Source of the DNA: Eledone cirrhosa
Lineage: Eukaryota
NCBI GenBank assembly: GCA_964016885.1
Contig: OZ024740.1
Span: 320,602,001 to 320,666,000 of the forward strand
Direction of reading: 5' to 3'
Length of the DNA: 64,000 bases
A program made the position numbers and the translations under genes. Positions within the stretch are counted from its first letter, which is position 1. The number at the start of each line of letters is the position of its first letter. Below the pieces are notes generated by a model. It was not told the DNA's origin. It did not search any database and saw only the letters and a program-made list of their open reading frames with translations. Shown here piece after piece: positions 1-11,700 of the stretch.

Positions 1-904
1 AAAATTTATATGTGTATGTGTATTTAGAGTCATTTATGTATATTTTAAAAATCTGTGGTCACTGGGAGAAGTTAGTCATTTGTAGTTGGTTTTTAACTTT
101 GTTTTCATGGGTAATGGTGATAAAGTGTCTGCACTTTGGTGTTGTTGAAAGAGACTAGGCTGCAATATCCCCATTGAAAGATTTTTTGAGATCATGTGTC
201 TGTTCATTGCATGTTAAGCATTGACATTGTTGTTAGATAAACTAGAAGAGCGCCGGGGTGATGTTTTCTGTGCAGAACAACAGATGTCACATTTCCTAGT
301 GAAATAACAGCAAAAGATGTTCTTAGCTAAAAACAAACCTTTCTATATTACATTTACTGACTTGAAGAAGACCTCTAACAAAGTCCTTGTTGTCTTGTGG
401 GTACTAAAGAAAGTTGAATATCCTGTGAAGCCTCTATGTAGGAAGGTTAGTGTTGTTAGTTTGTTCAGTGAGAAGTTTAATGTACAACTAGGTGTTCACC
501 AAAGCTCTACTCCCATCTTTATCCTTTGATGTCCATCGGTTTCAACAATGAGGATATATACCATGGCAGAGGTGGTACTGTAGAAGTAGTGTTAGTTACA
601 TGTTGCTGTGAGAACTATTAATCAGAGAAGAAAGGAAAGGAAAAGAGAGAAAGGGAGAGCATATATATATACATACATACATACATACACCTGCTCTGTG
701 TGAGCGAAACGCATTCCTTCAACCTGATCTCTCCCAAAGGGACAACCCGTCCTACCCATGCTAGTATGGAAAATGGATGTTAAACAATGCTGATGATATA
801 TATATATATATATTTTCCTCCATTTCCACCAAGCATGAACCTAATATAACCTAATATCAACTATATATAAATAACCTCGGACTACAGATTAAACCCATCA
901 TAGA

Positions 905-1393
905 ATATATATATAAAGTTGTAGTTCCTGTTTGTTTGTTTGTTCACGAACTCCTCCTATGGTTTTGGAGATAGACCCCATAACCATATATATTCTGAAA
1001 CTACATTGCCCAGAGTACTTGGATAAGTATATTTCATTTTAAACAAAAGGTTCCCCGGCAGCACAAACCCCCGCTGAAAATTTTTTCCCTTCAATATTTA
1101 TGAAATTTAAACCATAGGTAAATGACAAGATTTGATGCCTATTGACAAAAGTTTTGAATTGATATTTTGAAAAAAATTATTTACAAGAAACAAAATAAGA
1201 ATAAGATTTAATAATGTAATTTTGATTTGATATATTACAAAAAATAATGTTTTCCAATTTTTCATGCATTACATTTTACATTGAGTAATGCAGAGTTTTT
1301 CTCCATAAATTATATCACTGATTTAAAATCAATCATCATTTTCTTACAAAATAAAATGTGTGAAACGCAGCAAGGCGCGGGTAATTTGGCTAG
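905..1393 (+). mobile_element. Probable Helitron-type non-autonomous element
   Basis: TATATAAA start with a (TTTG)n subterminal repeat, a GC-rich 3' motif and CTAG|T. Confidence 0.5.
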
Positions 1394-1454
1394 TATATAT
1401 ATTTATATACACACACACACACATACATATATAGTTCTTTCTTTTATTTTTCAG

Positions 1455-1741
1455 AATCCTTCTGTAGTATATTTGAAAAGCAATTTTGAATACCTGCGTG
1501 GCAGTTCACGTAAAGTATTAAAGATGCTAGCAACTGTACCCCAAAACACAGTCATCTCGGAGTCAGGGGATTGTTTGCCTGTCATGTATTACAATAACCT
1601 TGGTTGTATCCATTTCAACACACGTAAACACCATCTGGGAGCATTTTACTTCCGTAAAGCAGTGACAGAAAATGAAAGTGCTGTAAAAAACCTTAAAAAA
1701 TCCTGTGATGACCCAGGTAAAAGAAATTTCTCTCTCTCTTG

Positions 1742-1772
<31 letters not shown>

Positions 1773-4700
1773 CGTAAAACTGACTGGCCTATCTGGCTGA
1801 TCAGTGAGTGGGTCTGTTAATATGCAGATCTAACTGATCGGGCAGTCTGCTAATATGTAAATCAGGCTGATCAGTCACAATATTGTGTATTTTCACTAGC
1901 TTTGACAGTTGGCAGGTAAACAGTATATGGTACTGATGAAGGGTAATCACCCAGAAACATTAGTATCTGCCCTTCTGTATATAGACCAACACAAGAGCAA
2001 GAATGACGAGGTTGTTCTATTCACATAGCTTAAGAGCTGTTTGCATAATTACAAATGAATCGAATATTATTATTAATATTTGAAAAACTCAGATACATTA
2101 TATATATATCATCATCATCAACGTTTAACGTCCGTGTTCCACGCTTGCATGGGTTTGGACGGGGGTAGTCCCACTTGAGGCAAGAGTGATTGTCTTGCTC
2201 GCATAGGACTGTCTGGCAGGTTTTCTACAGTTGGATGCCCTTCCTAACACCAACCACATTTACAGTGTGGGTCTGGGAGGTTTTTACCGTGTTGCCTACA
2301 CGGCCACATTACAGCGTGGACTGTGTGTTTTTTTGTTGTGACACCTACACGATCTCATTTGTTTCGGCCTCGATGGCGCGGCACCAACATAACTTTACAT
2401 AGAACGGGGTGGTGTGGATGGGGTGGGGGTGGTGGTGGTGGGACGGGGTGTATTTTGTTAGAGATGCCTACTGGCTGGAGTAGGTTTTACTATATATTTA
2501 GGTAAGGCGGGTCTTCTCTGTTACTGAGTACCGCCAAAGGTCTCGGTCCAGTGACATTGTCTTGGAGAGGTGTAAGTGTGTGATGTCGGAGTTTATCAGC
2601 TCGTCCCAGGTTTTTCTAGGTCTGCCTATTCCGTGACTACCGTCTATCTTTATTGCCCTGCACTTTGTTATACAGCTATCGACTTTCATGCGCATCACGT
2701 GTCCATACCAACGTAGCCTTCTCTCGAGTAAACAACATCTGATCCTTCTTATCTCTAATTTTTTCCTTAGTTCGTTTATGCTTTGCCGTTCACGTATATT
2801 ACTGTTACACATCCAGCGGAGCATGCAAGCTTCGTTCCTCTCTAGTCTGCGTATATCCTCTGCACACAATGCCCAGGTCTCACTGCCATGCAGCATTGCT
2901 GTTCGTATGCAGGCATCGTACAACCTGCCTTTCATTTTTAGGGAGAACCCTTTAGCAGCTAATAGTGGTATAAGCTCTCTGAACTTTTTCCAACCAGTTC
3001 TGACTCTAGCTACAGTACTTTCAGAGCACCCTCCCCCACTGCTGATTTTATCGCCCAGGTAACGGAAGCTGTCCACTATTTCTATAGAACCCTCTGCGCA
3101 ATTGAAAGAGCTAGTATTTTGTGGGCACTTGCTGCTACTTATTGCACCAGAACACCGGCCACATGTAAAATCTATGTTCTTAGTTAGCTTACCTGTGATC
3201 CCACTACATCTTTTATGCACCCATACTTTGCATTTAGGACATAAAATGGAGTTTCTACCTACGCCTTTCCTACACACCGAGCACGACCATTTCCCAGAAG
3301 GGACCGCCGCCTTGTTTTCTTTCCTACAAACTAGTACTTTGGTCTTAGCCAGGTTAATTTTAAGTCCTTTTGACTCTAGGCCGTGCTTCCATGTTTGGAA
3401 TTTCTTCTCTAGCTCGGCCATTGATTCCGCTATGAGTGTCAGGTCGTCTGCGTATAGGAGTTCCCATGGGCAGCCTGTCTTGAACTCCTCTGTTATAGCC
3501 TGAAGGGCAATAATAAATAGTAGTGGGCTGAGAACAGAGCCCTGATGGACGCCAACTTTTACGCTAAACTCTTCACTATATTCGTTGTTAATTCTAACCT
3601 TGCTGACTGTTTCTTTATACATGGCTTGTATAGCCCTCACAAGCCATTCGTCAACGCCTAGTTTTCTAAGAGCCCACCAGATAATGGAGCGGGGGACTCT
3701 GTCGAAGGCTTTCTCCAAGTCGACAAAAGCTAAGTAGAGGGGTTTACCTTTAGCTAGGTACTTCTCCTGTAGTTGTCGTACTATGAAAAGAGCGTCTGTG
3801 GTACTTTTGCCTGACACAAACCCGAACTGAATTTCATCTAGGTCAATTCTCTCTCTGATTAGTTGCGCTATTACTTTTTCCGTGACCTTCATGACCTGGT
3901 CGATTAATTTAATGCCTCTATAGTTACTCCTATCTAGGGCGTCTCCTTTACCCTTATAACAGTTAACGATGATGCTGCTATGCCAGTCCTTCGGAACAAC
4001 CCCATTCTGTACGACTTGGTTAACTATGCGGGTGACCATGGTGTGTCCCACCGTGCCAGATGCCTTCAGCATCTCAGCAACTATTTCCGAAGGCCCAGCC
4101 GCCTTACCCGTCTTCATATCCTTGATTGCCTTACTTATTATACTCCCCTCGACTAACACTGCTGGTCCCTCTATTGGGTCGATATGGGGGAGACTGTCTT
4201 TCTCCCATTTATTCTCCTCATTTAGTAGCCTTTCATAGTGACACTTCCAAGCTACCTTCTTATCAGCGTCGGTGATGGCAAGTGTGCCATCGTCGTTTAG
4301 TACACACTTCTCCCCGACAATATCACGGTTTTCCTTGACGCATTGCCTAGCAATCCTGAACACCTCACGTTTTTGGTCATCGCGTTGTAGAACATGCTTG
4401 AACTTTCTTTCCTCAGCTTCCCTTCTTGCTAAGTACACTTGTCTCCTAGCTTCCCTCCTGGCCACTTGATAGTCTTCTCTACTTCCCCCATCCCGCCATA
4501 CTTTCCAAGCCTGCTTTTTGGCCTTAATTGACCCCTCCACCTTACTGTTCCACCACCATGTTACTCTCCTCCTGCCTACAGGCCTGCTCCAGCCACAGAC
4601 TTCGTCTGTCGCCAACAGCAGGTTTGCTTTCAGAAATTCCCACTCTCCCTCTATATTGTCTGACTCTAAATGTTCTTCCTTACTGTCGAAAGCATCAAGT

Positions 4701-5625
4701 AATATGCTTTGAAATTTATTCCTGGCTGTGGGGTCCTTTAGCTTCCATATTTTTCTCCTGAGGATAGTCCTCTTCTGCTGTCGAGTACGTCTCGTCCTGA
4801 CTATGAGGTCGCTAATTATCAGTCTATGTTGGGAGGTGCATTCTTCATGGGGGAGGGATTTAGTGTTTACAACAGACACTCTGTCACGTCTTCTGGTAAG
4901 GATATAATCTACCTGGCTTGTGTGTTCCCCGGATCTATAGGTGATCAGGTGATTGTCACGTTTTTTGAAGTTAGTGTTACAGATAGTTAGGTTATTTGCA
5001 TCACAGAATTCCAGGATTCTGGAGCCTTCCTCATTTCTAGTACCAAACCCATAGCCTCCATGGATTTTGTCGTAGCCATCACAATGTTGTCCAACGTGAC
5101 CATTTAGGTCGCCTGCGATAATTATATAGTCACTGTCGGATATTTGGGAGGTAGTTAGCATCAGTGTCTCATAGAATCTGTCTTTTATAGTGCCGGGCAG
5201 TCCGGATTGGGGTGCGTACGCAGATATTACTGTCACCGTAGTTCTATTGAGGACAAGTCGTATTTTAATTATTCTGTCGTTCACTCTATTTACGTCTATT
5301 ATCTTATCTGCCCACTTTTCTGCTACCATGATTCCTACTCCACCCAGCCCATCGTCGTTTCCCACCCAGAAAAGCTTATAACATCGTTTTTTACCCTCAA
5401 TGAACCTAGCAGACCCACCCCTCCACCTGGTCTCTTGAATACAACAAACATCGACCTCCTTACGTTCAAGCATTTCTACAACCTCGTTAGCGCGACCCTT
5501 TAGGGTGCCTACATTTATGGTACCAACTCTGAAGTTTTGGATTGCGTTTGGGGGTTGGGGGCGGGGGGCGATGGGGTTATGTTAGCCGTCCGCGGTCGAA
5601 ACAATGAGGAGTGCTCGCATTCTCG

Positions 5626-5656
<31 letters not shown>

Positions 5657-5663
5657 ATATATG

Positions 5664-5714
<51 letters not shown>

Positions 5715-8700
5715 TGTATGTATGTATGTATGTATGTATGTGTATGTATATATATATATGTATATATGTGTAGGCAACACGGTAAAAACCTCTCAGCCCC
5801 ACACTGTAAATGTGGTTGGTGTTAGGAAGGGCATCCAGCTGTAGAAAACCTGCCAGACAGTCCTATGCGAGCAATGACAACCACTCTTGCCTCAAGTGGG
5901 AAAACTCCCGTCCAAACCCATGCAAGCGTGGAACATGGACGTTAAACGATGATGATGATGATGATGTATGTATATATATATATATGTATGTATATATATA
6001 TGATATATATATATATATATATAACGAAGGAAGTGTGGTATATATATATATATATGTGGTATATATATATATATCATTTCATTTTTTTCAAAAAAAATGA
6101 AAAAATGAAATGAATATATAGATAGAGGATGACCGCTGGGTAAAGAAGTGCCAAGAAATCCCAGTACGAGGAAGACGCAGTAGAGAAAGACCACGAAAAA
6201 CATGGGCAGAGGTGGTGAGAGCGGACCTCAGATCGCTGAAGCTCACGGAGGAGATAACGAAGGACCGTGACAAGTGGAGATATGCTGTGCTGAATAGGAC
6301 CCATCCCACCTTTGCAAGCAGGGAAAAGTGGACGTAAATGATGATGATGTATATATATATATATATATTCCATAATGGTTGACTAATCCGATGTGTCTTT
6401 TTCCTCTTGTCTGTTTTCTTTCTTTTTTAACTTTCATCTATCTACCAAATAAGGACTAACATCTGAAATGTTAAGACTCTTTTCTTACTCTATCAAGCTT
6501 TAAACTAATATATCATCATTGTATTGTATTGTTCTCCAGTGTTTTTCCTTGACTTTTCTTTTTTATATATTGGGTCATCCCATAAATAATGCATTTTTTT
6601 ATGCTTCTTTAAGTGATTATATTTATTAAAAAATTCTTCCATCATAATTGAATCAGTTAGTTATATTATTAAATTCCTTAAAATTCTTGATTATTTTCAA
6701 AATAGTCAATGTCTTTCGTTAGAAATATGGTAAAGATAAGGTTAAAGACTTCTGTTGGTAAGGTGTATGACTGACATGTCCAGTTTTCTAATCATGTCTG
6801 ATCCTGATTCTAATTAATTATTTTGTGTACTTTTTCAGCTAAATGTGGTGCTCCTCTTCAAACTGTCGGAATGAGTCGGCATCATGAACTGTTGTATAAC
6901 ATGGGCGTTCAGCTATTACACTGCGGAATGCCTCAAGCGGCATTTGATTGTTTAATTCAAGCTGTCCAAGTTTACCAGATCAACCCACGGCTTTGGTTAC
7001 GCCTCGCTGAGTGCTGTATAATGAATTACCGAGAGGTATGAACTGTGAAATTATATTTTCTGCTTACTAGCTTTCATTTGCCTTCGTTCTTTTTTTGTTA
7101 AGATATTTAGTTATTTATTAGGTAAGCACTAGACTAGAGATAATCTATCTGCCTATCTATCTATCTCTTCTTCTTCTTCTCATCATCATTATCCTTAGCA
7201 GCAACATCATTCTGTGCTGTGAGTAGGATGTACAAAAGTACGTGGCCTGGAATCGACTTAGAATCAAGGCCACTTCCTCAACAAAATGAAGTCACTCAAT
7301 ATAGGTGTATTAATGTTCAGTGAGATCAGGATTTCCAAAACATGTGTACTCATGTCCATCTTAGGCAGATAACCACAATGTGTATGCATCTTTTGATTAG
7401 CCCTGGTTGGTTTTGCTATTTCTAAACAGTTTGAATTTAAATGATACAAACAATCCACCTGGAACCAGATGCCAAGTTGGTGGTGCTGGATGTGAACACC
7501 AATGAAAATAGTACCTACAGACTGGTGGCTGTCTATGCATTGACTGGGACAAGACAGCTAGATTCCTTCAGTCATCTTTAAGCATGAGACTGGAATGGCA
7601 TTTTAGGTGCATACTGGAATTGTGCGGGATTAGCCAATAAGAGAGGTGGGTGTAAAAGTTTCACAAACATGCTTTGACAAATACCCACTAGGTTACTTGA
7701 ATGTGCTAGTGTGGACGTGAAGTAACTGCATCAGGTCATCCAAATTATATCTAAATAGAGTACTTTTGTTTATACGGGTTTTTGTTGATATACCTTCTTA
7801 ATACTCAAAATCCTATATTGTCGTCCAAAATTTCCAATCACCCACCATTTTCTGTTCAGTTGTTCATTACTCACATTGGGAAACCCTACTTTAAAGCTTT
7901 TGATACTAAACCACCTGAAACTATTTGTTTTAAGATGTTTATATTTATCTAAAAATCTTCCATCATAATTTTATGTAAGAATCTTTCTTAAGTTATGCTC
8001 CAAATATCAACTTAATAATGAGAAAATTGGTTATTTTAATAAATCCTACAAAATTCTTGACTATTTCAAACATTAATAGAAATTCATAGACAGTATCTTT
8101 TATTAGGAATATGGTAATGAAAGGGTTAAGTTTTGATTTACTGCAAATATATTTTTAATCATTACAGAGCAATGAAGATGATAAGAAATTAAAAAAACGT
8201 ATGGAAGTTATTCAGGGCTCAGTTGCCAGTGGTGTTCATCGAAAACTTATCTTAGGATCAACAACTAAACATGTAGCTCCAAGGTTTGTGGCTTGTTTTC
8301 TTTTGAAGAATTTTGACATTTTTCATGACAGATGAAATTGGTGTTATTTTCAAAATAATATAGGAAGAGCATCATGTAGTTTTGAGTTCGTTTTTAATTT
8401 TATTTGTTTTACTCTTCTTTCCAGTCATAATCCAGCAATTCCAGCCCCATCTCTAGAATTTGCTGCCCTCTGTTTACGTAATGCTCTGTTGTTACTTCCG
8501 GAACATCCTCATCAGTCTGAAGTCAGTGAAGAACATGCTGAGGCAAAGTAAGAATTTAACACATCTTTATTATCATCATCGTCATCATCATTTTTACATT
8601 TTTTTCCAATGTTTGTAGGAGTTGGGCAGGTCGTTTCCAGAATAGCTTCCCTCTACATGTATTCATTCATTATTTCTTCTGTGAGCTTCAGCGCTTTGAG

Positions 8701-11700
8701 ATCTGCTCTTACTACATATGCCCAAGTTTTCCTTGGTCTTCTACTGCAGCTTCCTTCCATGGGGAGCTCTTCATCCAATGATCATCATCCATTCACATCA
8801 CATGACCATAACAACACAGTCTTCTGTCTTGCACACATTTCATTTCTCTTTCAGTTCATCCATGATTCACTGTCATGCACATTAACATCACACAACTATT
8901 TTATTTTAATAAAGTGTAATGGTGTTCCTTTTCTTGCTATCTTCATATAAGATTTCATCATCTTTACATCCACTTTTCCATGCTGGCATGGGTTTGGAAG
9001 GGATGGTTTGAGACAATCATTTACAGCCAGATACTCTTCCTGACACTAACCCTTTTAGCCACCTCTTACAACACACAGGGATATGGTGTACCTATTCTAA
9101 AAACGGGATACACACAGCATTATTACCTAAATCTAAGATGATAACCTTTTCAAAGTCTTCATATTTCTGAACTATTATTCATTTTCAAGGATTATTGTTA
9201 AAATAATCTATTTTCTACTAATGGGTGCATGGCTTACTGGTTAGAGCATTAGACTTGCAATCAAGAGGTTGTGAGTTTGATTCTCAGACCAGGTGATGCA
9301 TTGTGTCCTTGAGCAGGACACTTTATTTCACGTTGCTCCAGTTCTCTCAGCTGTAGAAATGAGTTGCGACGTCACTGGTGCCAAGCTGTATTAGCCATTA
9401 CCTTTCCCTTGGACAACATTAGTGGCATGGAGATGGGAGACTGCTGGTCTTTCACAAACAACCTTGCTCGGACTTGTGTCTCAAAGGGGAGCCTTCTAGG
9501 TGCAAATCCCATGGTCACTTGTGACCAAAGAGTGTCTTTACCTTATCAATATGTATTAATTATTGTTATTGTCTGTTCCTGCAATCTCCTTTTCATTGTA
9601 TTTATGTACAATGACTAAATGGAATTAAATTCAATTTAATATACCATGGTATACTTTTTAACTATCCAACTCCAGTACATTTCACTCTTCTAATACCAAA
9701 TGAAGATAATCATATTTAGCTAATTCATTCAAGCATCAATAGACATGTGTATGGTGTTTATGTATGTTTGCTATTCACTGGACAACAATCTACATATGTA
9801 ATCAATATTTGCTTAACTTCTACTATAAAAAGATAAACATCATTGATTTTAATTTTTTTATCCTTTTTGTGTCTGTCTTTCCAGCAAATCAGATATATTC
9901 CTCGTACCAGCCCCACCTAGTAATCCTATGCGTGCAGCAGAAGTGAGCAATCTCCGGTATGTCTGTCTATACTCATTACTGAATTACTACCACACTGTTG
10001 AACACAACATTCTAGACCAGGGATATCAAACACACAATCTACAAGCTACTTTTCTATGGCCCACAGCAAAACAAATTTGTTTTCCCTGTTTTAATAATAT
10101 TTATTCTACAATTTACTCATGAAATTCAATAAAATGGAAAATGGAAAATTTACCAAAAATAAAAATAGAATTAAGGAAAATTTAAAATGTAAAATTTGTC
10201 CACCTAAATTTTGTATTAATTCACATATCCCACTTATGTGTGTATTTGTTTTGATGTAAAAATTAAAATAAATAGCAGCCTATCAGCTGTATTGCAGATT
10301 TGCATTATAACTGGTCCTGACCCCCATCTCACTTTTGGCCTGCTGTGTCTCTTCCCCAGGATATGCTGGCTCTTTATGTCCTTGTTCTAGAGCTTCTTTC
10401 ACAGAAAATTATTTCTTTGAATTACAATCTAATGAATAATAGCTATTATTTTAATGTGAACCATGACAACATGCACCATCAGGATACCTGCAATTCATTG
10501 GGGCTGTGTTTATAGCAGGTGGGCAAGGAGAATTTTGTAAATATTTGTTTTATGAGTAAATAAAGAATTAACTTATCTAAATATATATGTGTGAATGTGA
10601 AGTGAAAGAGAGAGTCTGATTGACAAACAGCAAATAGCTGGAGAATGGAAGTGTAGAAATTGATTCCAAGAGCAAATAGAAGGTAATATATGGTAACTAG
10701 CTCTCCCTTAATGTAGTAATTCTAATGAATAACGTAATATGAAATTATATTATTTATATGCTAAATCTATATTATAATAAAAGCACTGTCTGTCTGACCA
10801 TCCACTTTGTATAGAGAGGGGGAGCATCAAGCGAGAGATATGTACAGGGATAGAGATAGATAGACAGAAAGTTATGATGTCACCCTCATCTATATAGAGA
10901 GAGTGGGAGCACCAAGCAAGAGATATGTACATAGATAGAGAGAAAAAATGGAACGCTATGTGTTTTTGAGATGACAAAAAGAGGTAGATAGACAGAAAGT
11001 TATGACATCGCCTTCATCTATATATAGAGAGAGAGGAGAAGTGTCAAGCAAAAGAGGTGTGCATAAATAGAGAGAGAAAAGGAACGTCATTTGTGTGTGT
11101 AGAGAGAGAGACAGAGATAGTGTGTGTGACTGAAAGAGGAAGAAGAAATCGCCCTCATCTAGTATTATATAATATAATGCGGTGGAATACTAAAATGGTA
11201 TTGGGACATTATGAACAAGAGTAAGTTGTCACTACTTATCCTTGTTGTTTCTGTTAACCTTTTCATTACCATATTTCTAATGAAAGACACAGCTTGTGAT
11301 TTTCAAGTCATTTTGAAAATAATCAAGAATTTAGAGTGATTTAATAAAACAACTAACTTTCTCATTATTAAGCTAGTGTTTGGAACATAACTTAAAGGTT
11401 CTTGCATAAAATTGTGATGAAAGGTTTTCAAAAAAATATAGGCACTTTAAAATAAAGTTTTGTATCATAGAAACGGAGAGTTTCAGGCAGTTTTGTATTA
11501 AAAGAATTAACTATGAAATTATTACAAAATATTGTGAAGGCACATGGCTTAGTGGTTAGAGCATTGGCCTTGCAATCGAAAGGTTGCGAGTTCAATTCTC
11601 AGACCGGGTGATGTGTTGTTTCCTTGAGCAAGACACTTTATTTCACATTGCTCCAGTTTACTCAGCTGTAGAAATGAGATGATAGGGACTGGGGTCCCTA

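Noticed and set aside
2688-5503. Plus-strand ORFs overlapping the RTE
   Set aside because: Antisense shadows of the RTE ORF; similar shadows overlap the CR1 and LTR elements.
2109-5966. New TIR-bounded retro/DNA hybrid transposon
   Set aside because: The inverted ends are ordinary RTE tails, and the other copies (49140, 53827) lack the arrangement.
5515-6437. Several YI/HT/CMYV-rich ORFs
   Set aside because: Translations of microsatellites; the same applies at 32963-33425.
11538-11610. tRNA gene
   Set aside because: A and B boxes are present, but there is no convincing cloverleaf and it continues into a SINE body. The same applies at 9223, 13037 and 16436.
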